Notes under the pieces: model-generated
Database searches by the model: none
Seen by the model: the letters and a program-made list of their open reading frames with translations, nothing else
What the model was told of the DNA's origin: nothing
Origin: the human T2T-CHM13v2.0 reference genome, Homo sapiens
Strand: one strand, 5' to 3'
Length of the DNA stretch: 64,000 nucleotides
Assembly: GCF_009914755.1 (NCBI RefSeq)
Contig: NC_060936.1
Translations under genes and position numbers: made by a program
In this document: piece by piece, positions 35,325 through 51,466 of the stretch
How the letters are laid out: every line of letters begins with the position of its first letter
Position numbering within the stretch: position 1 is the stretch's first letter

Positions 35325-35940
35325 ATTGTCTTAGTGGCTAAGAGCATCAGGAGTTTGCAGCCACACTGCTGGGATTTGAGCCTTAGATCTACCACCTACA
35401 GACTGCACAAGTTATTTAACCTTTCTATGCCTCAGTTTCCTTCCCTGTAAAATTAAAATAATAAAAAGGTATTTATCTCCTAGAGTTGCTTAGAAGATAA
35501 ATGAGTTACTACATGTAGTCTGAGAATGATGCCTGGGACTCTGTTAGTCAGTTTGGGTTGCCATAACAAAGACCATGGACTGGGTGGCTGAAGCTACAGA
35601 ACTTTATTTCTCACAGTTCTAGGTGCTGGAAAGTCCAAGATCCAGACACCGTCAGATCCCATGAATGGTGAGTGTTGCTTCCTGTTTTGTAGATGGCTGT
35701 ATTCTCGTTGTATCCTCACACAGCAGAGAGCCGACAGAGCTCTCTGGGATCCCTTTTAAAAGGGCATTAATCCCATTCATGAAGGCTCTATTCTCAGGAC
35801 CTAATCACCTCCCAAGGGTCCCAGCTCCTAATGCCATTACATTGGGGGTTAGGATTTGAACATACGAATTTGGGGCTGGGAGACACAAACATTCAGGTCT
35901 ATAATGGGCACGTAATAAATGTTTACTGAGTATTAGCTTT
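35325..35940 (+). mobile_element. MIR interrupted by an antisense MLT1A LTR (35540-35904)
   Basis: aagttatttaacctttctatgcctcagtttcc; LTR tttctcacagttctagg...cctaatcacctcccaagg...catacgaatttgggg. Confidence 0.8.
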
Positions 35941-36103
35941 TGGGTTGCCTGTAACTTGCTAAGAAATAATGTTACAAAAAAAAAAAAAAAAAAAAGCACC
36001 AAAGGCAAAAATGAATGGAAAGAAAGGAAGAGAAGTGCATATACAAAGCAGATACCACTTAATGTCTGACAGAAAAAGGAATGGCTGTTGTGCCTTTCAG
36101 TAA

Positions 36104-36517
<414 letters not shown>

Positions 36518-36701
36518 CTTTTTTTTTTTTCTTTTTTCAATGCTGCATAATCCTCTTCCTAATTACAATAAACACTCCTCACTATAAAATTTTGCTTTAT
36601 GTTTTCATAGCCCTTTCCCATCTCTTCCCTTCCTATCTGATCCCCACAACAGAATCGGGTAGAGCCTATTGTTTTCCCACTTCACAGATGGGGAAGAGTA
36701 G

Positions 36702-37077
<376 letters not shown>

Positions 37078-37089
37078 CTCCTTTTCTTC

Positions 37090-37092
<3 letters not shown>

Positions 37093-37131
<39 letters not shown>

Positions 37132-37388
37132 TATATATATATAAATATATATATATATAAAAATATATATATATATAAATATATATATATATAAAAATAT
37201 ATATATATATAAATATATATATATATAAAAATATATATATATATAAATATATATATATATAAAAATATATATATATAAATATATATATATATAAATATAT
37301 ATATATAAATATATATATATATAAATATATATATATATAAATATATATATATATAAATATATATATATATAAATATATATATATATAT
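37093..37388. repeat. Interrupted (TA)n / AT-only minisatellite, ~295 bp
   Basis: (AT)n blocks separated by AAA or AAAAA. Confidence 0.97.
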
Positions 37389-37399
37389 TTCCAAATGTT

Positions 37400-37714
37400 C
37401 TTTTCTGTTTGTTTTTTGAGACAGAGTCTGGCTCTGTCGCTCAGGCTAGAATGCAGTGGCATGATCTTGGCTTACTGCAGCCCCCCAGGTTCAAGCGATT
37501 CAAGGTTCTCAGCTCACTGCAGTCCCCCAGGTTCAAATAATTCTCCTGGCCTAGCCTCCCGAGTAGCTAGGATTACAGGCATGCAACACCATGCCTGACT
37601 AACTTTTGTATTTTTAGTACAGGCAGTATTTTTCGAACTCCTGACCTCAAGTGATCTACCTGCCTCAGCCTCCCAAAGTACTGGGATTACAGGCACGTGC
37701 CACCACATCCAGCT
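37400..37714 (-). mobile_element. Rearranged Alu
   Basis: TSD aaatgttctt; internal tandem duplication and deletion. Confidence 0.85.
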
Positions 37715-37769
37715 CAAAATGTTCTTAAATTTTAAAATGTATTGCTAACTTTCCTTATGTTTTAATAGT

Positions 37770-37975
37770 AAGGAGTAACTCATATTAAGCATCACATGTA
37801 CCAGGCATTACTTTAAGAGCTGTATCTGTATTGTCATTTACTTCTCACAACAGCCCAATTAGATAGCTGTTATTATTTTTCTCCTTTTACAGATGACATC
37901 ACTGAGTTACAGTGACCTACCACTATTAAGTTTAAACTCAGGTAGTTTGGTTCTAGAACAAACACACTTAACTAT
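37770..37975 (-). mobile_element. MIR
   Basis: cttctcacaacagcc...cttttacagatgacatcactgag. Confidence 0.7.
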
Positions 37976-38020
37976 TATACTAGTTTACATGTTCATGGTA
38001 GAATTTATTTTTATTTTTTT

Positions 38021-38319
38021 AGAGACAGGGTCTTGCTATGTTGCCCAGGCTGGAGTGCAGTGGCTATTCACCGACACTATCCCACTAGTGATCAGCATGG
38101 GAGTTTTGACATGCTCTGTTTCTGATCTGGGCTGATTCACCCCTCCTTAGGCAACCTGGTGGTCCCCTGCTCCCAGGAGATTACCATATTTATGCTGAAC
38201 TTAGTGCGGATAACTGATTGGCATAGCACACTTTAGCCCAGAATTTCTGGCCTCAAGCAATCCTCCCTGCTCAGCCTCCTGAGTAGCTGGGACTACAGGC
38301 AAGTGCCACCACGTCTAGC
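38021..38319 (-). pseudogene. RN7SL: Full-length 7SL (SRP RNA) processed pseudogene; the specific RN7SL..P number is unknown
   Basis: Contains the S domain absent from Alu (antisense cccctccttaggcaacctggtggtcccc, gaacttagtgcgga, gatcagcatgggagttttgac); 299 nt plus tail; 13-bp TSD catggtagaattt at 37994-38006 and 38320-38332. Confidence 0.95.
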
Positions 38320-38754
38320 CATGGTAGAATTTTTAAACACCAGCAAAGCAAAAAAAAAAAAAAAAGAAGAACAAGAAAAAGAAAAGTTTTAAAATCATTA
38401 TAATCCCAATACTCAGATATAACTACTGTTAACATTTGATATATGTGGATAAATTAGACATGAGATGTGGAGTGAAAGGGAAGAACATATTTCAGAATTA
38501 CTTGGGGGAGCTTTTGAAATATGTATATACTTGAAGTACTTTACTCAAGGAGGAAGGACAGGCATGAGGATTTGGGGTGAAACATTTAGTGGATGCTAAT
38601 AAACAGCCTCCACTTTTCTCTTCTACTCCCCAATTGCCTCACTGCCACCCCAGTCGAATGTCACCCGTGTATCTTTCCAGTCTTTCTTCCAGGCATAGCT
38701 ACATATGCATACACATAAATACACACTTGTAAATGGCAAACCAAACACTAATTA

Positions 38755-39132
<378 letters not shown>

Positions 39133-39583
39133 TTAATTGCTGTGGATTCTTGCTGCACCTCAAGGGCACACTCATCTGACAAATACAAGATTCCAGGCTG
39201 GAACCTGACGGGTTTTTGGCATCAACATCCCTTGCTGTGAATTTGTTGTTTTGCTGTTTGGTAAGTGGAAGTGACCAAGCTATTCCCCTGCCCGTGTTCT
39301 CCCAGGGGCCCTCTACTTCCGGCTGATATGTACTGTACAGTCTTCCAGACACAGCCTCGAGCCAGGGCGCTGGAAAACTGCCTGTGCCCATGTTATTCCC
39401 CATTCAGGCTGGCTCCAGGGCCTGGGGAGAAGAGGCCTAGGGCAAACCCAACAGGATGCCTGGTGCGCTCAGGAAGGAGTAGAACCTGAGCCACAGAAGG
39501 GAGAAGTAGAACAAGGTGTTTCCTCTCTCTGATCTCCGCCATAGCCCACTCTGGCACTTGTCACACCACTCCCCAGGTACTCA

Positions 39584-40036
<453 letters not shown>

Positions 40037-40037
40037 A

Positions 40038-40072
<35 letters not shown>

Positions 40073-40146
40073 TACACACATATATATATACACACACACA
40101 CACACACATATATACACACATATATGTATACACATATATATACACA

Positions 40147-40191
<45 letters not shown>
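40038..40191. repeat. (TA)n/(CA)n compound microsatellite in the Alu tail position
   Basis: About 150 bp of alternating purine-pyrimidine. Confidence 0.95.
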
Positions 40192-40219
40192 TCCCTTTGG
40201 GATGAATAACAGGCATAAC

Positions 40220-40460
40220 CATAGCTAACACTGATTGAGGGCCTCTCTGTGCTCAAAGGCAGATAAATAAGACAGAACTTTCTCTTCTAATCTTTCCAAC
40301 AACCCCATAAGGTAGAATCCAGATTCTATTATTATCTTCTTTGTAGAGTGAAGGAAATTAGGCAGAGAGACACTAATTAATTTGTCCAAGGTGGCAGAGA
40401 TCAGTGGCTGGCTGCAACCCAAACCAGGAAGTTTAGTTCCAAAATTCCAGTTCTTAGTCC
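40220..40460 (-). mobile_element. MIR
   Basis: ccaacaaccccataaggtag...tttgtccaaggtggcagag. Confidence 0.7.
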
Positions 40461-40639
40461 TTCCTCTATCCCACTTCTCCCACCCACTCTCTCCTGCAAG
40501 TCAGTGACCATAGTGGTCACCTTAGGGTTTCACTTTATTATGTCATTCCCCTGATCAAGAACCTTCCAGGCCAGGCTCCCCAGCACAGCATGGAGGCTGT
40601 CTAGGGTTGTCCCCAGCCTCCTGAGCAGTGACCTCCTCT

Positions 40640-40813
40640 TTCAGAGGCAATAGGAGCTTGGTCCCAACTCTACCATCTACCACTGTGTGACTGTGGCCAT
40701 GGGACTTAACCTCTTTCCACCTCGGGCTCCTCCACTGTAGAATGAGAAGTACTGGGGCTGACTTCACATGGCTTATGACGGCTTGAGAGTCATCAGTGTG
40801 GGCACTGCTTAGA
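40640..40813 (+). mobile_element. MIR
   Basis: ctgtgtgactgtggccatgggacttaacctct...ctgtagaatgag. Confidence 0.6.
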
Positions 40814-40814
40814 A

Positions 40815-42150
<1,336 letters not shown>

Positions 42151-42324
42151 AGTTTAGAGCAGTATCTGGTACAAAGGAAGAGCTTAATACATCTGAGACA
42201 GACAGTGTGAAGTAAGGTAACAAGTAGGAGGTTTTATAAGGTGCCGAGGGCCCTGGCTTGGTGGGGACATGTGGCTGGAATAGATGTGTTAAATATAGGA
42301 GACAGAGATGAGAACCCAACATCT

Positions 42325-42530
42325 GCTGAGTGCTGACTGTGGCCATGCACCACACTTTCCACATTTCCTCCCATTGAGTCCTCACACTGACCTTGTACCT
42401 TACACCTGTTTACAGAGATGATGAGTGAGGCTCAGAGAGGTTAAGTAATACGCCCAGAGTTACACAGCTTTTAAGTGACAGAGTCAGGATCTGAACCCAG
42501 GTTTTATAGAACACCAAAGACTGGGCTTTT
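42325..42530 (-). mobile_element. MIR
   Basis: tgaggctcagagaggttaagtaa...gacagagtcaggatctgaacccagg. Confidence 0.8.
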
Positions 42531-42959
42531 TCTATGAGACTGTCATTTGCTGAACATGTATTTTATTGAAAACAGATGTACAAGGTGCTATGCCAGGTTT
42601 GGGAACACAGTGGTGTAAAAGATGTACACCCCATGGAGTGTATAGTCTGGTAGGAGAGACCAGGCATCCAAACGAGCAATTATAACTCAGGGTGACATCT
42701 CCAGGATGAAAATGAACAAGGGAGCTCAGAATGTACAGTTCTTACCCATGTATGGAAAATCAGAGAAGGCTTCCTGAAGGAAGCAATGTCTAACCAGATG
42801 GAAGGTCAAGAAGGAAAGACCCAGGAAGGCACGAAACAGGGGCTAATGATACTAAACTACAATTTGTTTTCTTGCATATGCAGGTTGTGGCTGGTGCCCC
42901 TACCTCTCAGATTTGCTGCCCTTGATAGTCCAATCTCTTCTTAGGAGGGTGCCTGCGTC

Positions 42960-43272
42960 TTTTTTTTTTTTTTCCTTTTTTTTTTTTTGAGACAGAGTCT
43001 CACTCTGTTGCCCAGGCTGGAGTGCAATGGCATGATCTCAGCTCATTACAGCCTCTGCTTCCTGGGTTCAAGCAATTCTCTGCCTCAGCCTCCCGAGTAG
43101 CTGGGATTACAGGTGCCTGCCACTACACCCGGCTATTGTATTTTTAGTAGAGATGGTGTTTCACCATGTTGGCCAGGTTGGTCTTGAACTCCTGGCCTTG
43201 TGATCCACCTGCCTCGGCCTACCAAAGTGTCCCAACAGTTTGGATTACAGGCGTAAGCCAGCACGCCCAGCC
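42960..43272 (-). mobile_element. Alu (AluS-like)
   Basis: Antisense dimer. Confidence 0.9.
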
Positions 43273-43699
43273 CGGGGTCCTGTGTCTTTTGTCCTTAGCT
43301 GTCCTTTGCCTCCATCCCCTCTCATTCTGAAATGCTACTATGGTTTTGTTTCAGAGCTCCCCAGAGACACAACTCAGCCCCTCTCTGCTTTCCTCATTAC
43401 TTCAAGTGTTCCATGAATTCAGTAAACCTGATTCAAGATTTTGGTGGAGGGTGGGGATGGGAGTGCGGTATCCATGGGGAGGGGTCATTCCTGGAGCACT
43501 GGGCTTCCGCCCTCTCCTGGCCCCCCACTTCCTCCCTGGAGTTGCAAACAAAATCCTCCCTTTGTCTTGTTGGGAGCGTTCCCTCCCACCTCCGGCCAGA
43601 AGGATCTCGGTTCCTACTTGAACTTAGCAAAGTATTTTCTCAACAAAGACAGCTCTACCTTCCTAAGAGGAATTCTGATACATAAAAAGTTCTCTTTAC

Positions 43700-43880
43700 A
43701 CCTCTGTTGTTTCATTCAACCCTCCAAGCAAATCGCTGGAATAGCGATCATCGTCCCCATTTTACAGATGGGGAAACTGAGTAACAAACCCATGTGATGG
43801 TGCCGGGAGTTAAAGGCAGGACTGCCAGAATCCAAAGCCTCCTTCCCCAGCCACTGGCTATTCCACTTTCCAACACCACT
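43700..43880 (-). mobile_element. MIR
   Basis: ccccattttacagatggggaaactgag. Confidence 0.7.
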
Positions 43881-45399
43881 GTGATGGGGTCTGGGGAAGG
43901 CAGGGGAGGGGACAGCCTAGTTGGGCTAGCAGGGAAGATGAAGGCCAGGAACTGGGACCATAGAAGTATAGTTTCACCAGAGACACTCGTTTCCCATTAC
44001 TTAAACCTCCACAATCTTCCAGTGAATGTTTCTTACTGCTGTTTTTCCAGAATGAGAGAATTGGACAAGACAGGCTTCAGTCACAGACACCCCAAGCAGA
44101 CCAGGATCCTTCCTAAGAGGAACACAATTCCCCTCATGGGTTGGGGTTTGGATGTTTGGTTCAGGAAGAGCCTAGGACCTGGCTGCGGTCACCCAGGGCG
44201 CCCAGCACTCGACCCGAGAACATTTCTGAAAGTAGCACTGCAGTTCCTCGATAACTGAGCAGACTCCAAGGAGACAAGGAGAAAACAGAAAATAAGAAAG
44301 GAGGTAACAAAGAGACCATTCTAAATTCAAAAAAGCAATTTTAGAATCAAAGTGAATTCGGCTATTGAAGCCAGAAACTACAGAAGTTCACACGGTGAGG
44401 TCTTGGCCTTAGCTCTTCAGAGAGCTGGGTTCCACGTCGGGGAAATGAAGTTACCGTGAAATCAAAGCCTCAGAGGGTGAATCAAGGAGCCGGCATGTAA
44501 GCACCTTGGTTAAGCCTGTGCCCAGAGGAAGGCCAAAGAACAGCAGACAACAGGAACCCCGCCTTCAGGAAGCCTTCAGCAGGAGCAGCAAAAATCTGCT
44601 TCCTCTCCAACCCTAAGGTCACTGCAGGCTGACAAACCCTTCCCCCACGCCCTGCCACTTGAGCAGCTCAGCTCCCTGCAACCCACCCGTCCTAACCCCC
44701 ACCCCCAGCTGAATCACAGAGGCCACTTTTTTTTTTTTTTTTTTTTGGGACGGAGGCTTGCTCTGTCACCCAGGCTGGAGTGCACTGGCGTTGAGAGGTG
44801 ACAGCGTGCTGGCAGTCCTCACAGCCCTCGCTCAATCTCGGCGCCTCCTCTGCCTGGGCTCCCACTTTGGCGGCCCTTGAGGAGCCCTTCAGCCCGCCGC
44901 TGCACTGTGGGAGCCCCTTTCTGGGCTGGCCAAGGCCAGAGCCGGCTCCCTCAGCTTGCAGGGAGGTGTGGAGGGAGAGGCGCGGGCGGGAACCGGGGCT
45001 GCGCGCGGTGCTTGCGGGCCAGCGCGAGTTCCGGGTGGGCGTGGGCTCCGCGGACCCCGCACTCGGAGCGGCCGGCCGGCCCCACCGGCCCCGGGTACTG
45101 AGGGGTTTAGCACCTGGGCCAGCAGCTGCTGTGCTCAATTTCTCGCCGGGCCTTAGCTGCCTTCCGGCGGAGCAGGGCTCGGGACCTGCAGCCTGCCATG
45201 CCTGAGCCTCCCCCACGCTCCGTGGGCTCCTGTGCGGCCTGAGCCTCCCCGACGAGCGCCACCCCCTGCTCCAGGGCGCCCAGGCCCATCCACCACCCAA
45301 GGGCTGAGAAGTGCGGGCGCACGGCCCAGGACTGGCAAGCAGCTCCACCTGCAGCCCCGGTGCGGGATCCATTGAGTGAAGCCAGCTGGGCTCCTGACT

Positions 45400-45890
45400 G
45401 TGGTGGGGACGTGGAGAACCTTTATGTCTAGCTAAGGGATTGTAAATACACCAATCAGCACTCTGTATCTAGCTCAAGGTTTGTAAACACACCAATCAGC
45501 ACCCTGTGTCTAGCTCAGGGTTTGTGAATGCACCAGTCGACACTCTGTATCTAGCTACTCTGATGGGGACTTGGAGAACCTTTGTGTCGACACTGTATCT
45601 AGCTAATCTGGTGGGGACGTGGAGAAACTTTGTGTCTAGCTCAGGGATTGTAAATACACCAATCGGCACTCTGTATCTAGCTCAAGGTTTGTAAACACAC
45701 CAATCAGCACCCTGTGTCTAGCTCAGGGTTTGTGAATGCACCAATCGACAATCTGTATCTAGCTACTCTGGTGGGGACTTGGAGAACCTTTGTGTCCACA
45801 CTCAGTTTCTAGCTAATCTAGTGGGGATGTGGTGAACCTTTGTGTCTAGCTCCGGGATTGTAAAAGCACCAATCAGCACCCTGTCAAAAC
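45400..45890 (+). repeat. LTR12 U3 enhancer tandem repeats (41-bp subunits, ~208-bp higher-order unit)
   Basis: CCAAT at 45451, 45492, 45659, 45700, 45741, 45869; CCAGT variant at 45533. Confidence 0.9.
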
Positions 45891-45909
45891 AGACCACTCG
45901 GCTCTCTGT

Positions 45910-46050
45910 AAAATGGACCAATCAGCAGGATGTGGGTGGGGCCAGATAAGAGAATAAAAGCAGGCTGCCGGAGCCAGCAGTGGCAACTCGGTAGGGTCCC
46001 CTTCCACGCTGTGGAAGCTTCGTTCTTTTTCTCTTTGCAATAAATTTTGT
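45910..46050 (+). promoter_or_regulatory. LTR12 core promoter and poly(A) signal
   Basis: CCAAT 45918, GGGTGGGG ~45934, AGATAA 45944, TATA-like AATAAAA 45953-45959, AATAAA 46039-46044; activity not shown. Confidence 0.7.
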
Positions 46051-46623
46051 TGCTGCTCACTGTTTGGGTCCACACTGTCTTTATGAGCTGTAACACTCAT
46101 TGCGAAGGTCTGCAGGTTCACTCCTGAAGCCAGTGAGACCACGAACCCACCAGGAGGAACAAACAACTCCAGACCAGCCGCCTTAAGAGCTGTAACACTC
46201 ACTGTGAAGGTCTGTAGCTTCACTCTTAAGCCAGCGAGACCACGAACCCACCAGAAGGAAAAAACTTTAAACACTTCCGAATATCAGAAGGAACAAACTC
46301 CGGACACGCCACCTTTAAGAACTGTAACACTCACCGCGAGGGTCCGCGGCTTCATCCTTGAAGTCAGTGAGACCAAGAATCCACCAATTCCGGACACAGC
46401 GTGATCTCGGCTCATTGCAAGCTCCGCCTCCCAGGTTCACGTCATTCTCCTGCCTCAGCCTCCCCAGCAGATGGGACTACAGGCGCATGCTGCCACGCCC
46501 GGCTAAATTTTTTTTTGTTTTTAGTAGAGATGGGGTTTCACCATGTTTGTCAGGATGGTCTGACCTCCTGACCTTGTGATCCGCCCGCCTCGGTCTCCCA
46601 AAGTGCCCGGATTACAGGCGTGA

Positions 46624-47088
<465 letters not shown>

Positions 47089-47478
47089 TAGCACAGTGGG
47101 CAGCCCTGGAAACAAAATCCCCTTTGACATCCAAAATGAAGCTTGCCTAGAGCAGTGTCCGGTCCATGGTAAGTTCTGTAGAGCTGTTAGCTGTTATCAT
47201 CTACCCTGGCTTCAGCCCCTAGTTATGCTAAAGTGGGTGAGTGAATGAAGGAGGTGGGAATTGATGACAGTCTTTTGAAGGTTAAGCATTTGAACGAATT
47301 CTTAACCTTCAAGCAAGGCTGGATGGAGCACGTGTCTGTAAAGATTTAGGAATAGTGATGATCGAGGTGTCTTGCAGAGATGTAAGTGGAGCAGATGGAA
47401 TAGGGTGAAGATTAAAGTAAGTAGTGGGAGCAGGTCTGTGGGAGTTAGATTGTTTAGAGCCTGGGATGCCAGGCTAAG

Positions 47479-47766
<288 letters not shown>

Positions 47767-47847
47767 TGAATGCAGACATCATTTTGCTATCATAGATTAA
47801 GACTTGGTATAGTTGAACTCTGACTTTGCATTTGGGTTCTGTGCCAT

Positions 47848-48000
47848 TTCTTTCTCTCCTTCCCTCGATATCCCTCCCTCCCTTCCTTCCTTCCTTCTTC
47901 CTTCCTTCCTTCCTTTCCTCCCTCGTTCTATACCTCCCTCCCTCCTTTCCTTTTTTCTTCCCTCTCTCCCTTCCTCCCTTCCTTCCTTCTTTCCCTCTTT
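47848..48000. repeat. (TTCC/CCCT)n low-complexity tract
   Basis: Seen directly. Confidence 0.9.
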
Positions 48001-48339
48001 ATATTTCCCTGTGCATTTTCCCAATTCTAACATTCTGTGCATTTTATCTTTCATGCTGTTGGCAACTAATTATCATTTCCTGAGAATCTTCACAGCAATT
48101 CGTGAGAAGGTTGAAAATGTGACAAGTTCTTCTCCTTTTTTTGTTTAAATGGGATTAGCCAGCTAACTGCACATTCTATGCAGAAGCAAAGTGTCTAATT
48201 TCTCACTTCTGAAGTTGTCATCTCCTGCCCTGGTCTACCAGACTTAATTTATACTGTAAGGGTTACCATGGGAGATTCCATATGAAGCTCTAACTTGGGT
48301 ACCTGTGGGTCCCAGTGTTTCTAAGTCTAATAGTCAGAC

Positions 48340-48560
48340 CAATGGTCCTCCATCAGAGTCAAATTTGCCCCTCGGGACATTTGGCAATGTCAGGAAACAT
48401 TTCTGATTGTCAAACCTGAGGAGGGAGAAGTGCTACTGGTATCCAGTGGGTAGAGGCCAGAGATGCTGCTAAATATCTTACAATACAATGCACAGGACAG
48501 CCCCCCAACTAAGAATTATCCAGCCGAAAATGTCAGTAGTGCTGACACTGAGAAACCTTG
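48340..48560 (+). mobile_element. MER20
   Basis: gggacatttggcaatgtc...tgctactggtatccagtgggtagaggccagagatgctgctaaa...aaatgtcagtagtgctgacactgagaaacc. Confidence 0.88.
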
Positions 48561-49329
48561 GTCTAGACTGAGACCTCTGACCAAGAAAAGATGGTGAAGT
48601 GAACTGAGTATCTGCACAGATAGGATTGGAATGGGGTGGGATGATGGACCTGAGGAAGAGGTCTGCTGGAAGCAACTGGAAAGCATTTGGTATCAGAAGG
48701 AAAAACCAGAACCTTTATGAGCAAATGATTTGCCAATTTTTAATTAGCTCCCTTGTGCAGATATTGATATTTCAGTATATTGCCCCAGTGATACTTATCA
48801 CCAGAAGTCATGGCTTCTCCAGTTTCTAATGAAACCTGATGTGTTCATTGGTTCTGAAAGCCTACAGCTGTGTTTGGCTTTGCAGCCCTAACTGATAATA
48901 GCGTTTGAAGTCCCTTGTCGTTCTGACTTTCAGGAAATACAAGTAATATTGTTGGAAGGCAGCAGGCACCAGACATCCATTTGTGTGGGGGAAAATGTAT
49001 CACAAAAGCGTTTCCTGGTCCAGAAAGTAAACCATTGAACTTGATCCGACTGGTAAGTGAGTGATCAATTATTAACTAAGTTTGGAGAAGTGGGAATTCC
49101 CTCTAATCCCTGTGGTTTGCTGGATTAAATAATGTTGCACACAGATCTAATCGTTTTGGCTCTACAGTGAGCTCTGCCAGCCAGGCTCCATCCTCAACCC
49201 TGTCCTCTCCTCTGTCCAAACTCACTCCGTACTGTTCTCATCCAGTCCTAAGGCTTCAGATAGTCTTCATATACCAACGGCCCTTCAGGCTAATGGATAA
49301 TCCCATTACATTTCCGTGATCCTATTACT

Positions 49330-50260
<931 letters not shown>

Positions 50261-50435
50261 GGAGGACAGGGAATTTCCGTAATAGCTAAATGTCTTCAAC
50301 CCAGGGAAGATTTAGAATTAAATATAAAGGTGATGGAGTATGTCAAATCTGTAGGGTTAAGTCTTTTAAAAATATACATAAATTTTGAAAATAATCCATA
50401 TGTTTGATATTTTAAGCACTTAAATGTTTAAATGA

Positions 50436-51045
<610 letters not shown>

Positions 51046-51152
51046 TTAGTTTTACGAAAATGACTAAGGAGTCAGGGTTTTTTCTTTTTAGTTAATTTGT
51101 AGTCAGCTTCTTAATGTAAAAGGTAAGCACGCAAACCTGGAATCTGGGGCAC

Positions 51153-51424
51153 AGTCTGTTTTATTGGAGGATTTGCTTAAGGGTTGGTTCCACTCAGACT
51201 TAGTTAATTAAACAACTTCAAGGGTTTTTAACTGTGTTTATAAATTTAATATATTTTATTTGGTTTTCAGTGACAGCTAGTTCAAAAAGTAGCCCACATA
51301 TTATTAGCTATATGACTGTGAGAATTATTCTGTATACCTCAGTTTCCCTGTATATGCAACGGAGATGATAATAATATAAGATATTCGCTAGAAGTGATAC
51401 GAGAATTAAAGGAGTTAATGGTGT

Positions 51425-51466
<42 letters not shown>

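Larger units (their letters stand above)
44792..46398 (+). mobile_element. LTR12C (HERV9/ERV9) solo LTR, full length
   Basis: Starts tgagaggtgacagcgtgctggcagtcctc, ends ccaccaattccggacaca; 1607 bp; 4-bp TSD gcgt at 44788-44791 and 46399-46402; CpG-rich 5' U3, CCAAT repeats, U5 repeats. Confidence 0.95.

Noticed and set aside
43794-44258. 154-aa ORF upstream of LTR12C
   Set aside because: Begins in a MIR, has no recognisable homology, and the length is attainable by chance
44692-45372. 226-aa minus-strand ORF and other overlapping GC-rich ORFs
   Set aside because: Lie within the GC-rich U3 of LTR12C and the flanking Alu; stop-poor by composition, no domain
45400-45890. Regular ~41-bp repeats that superficially resemble a CRISPR array
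   Set aside because: No unique spacers, no cas genes, human context; these are the known LTR12 U3 repeats
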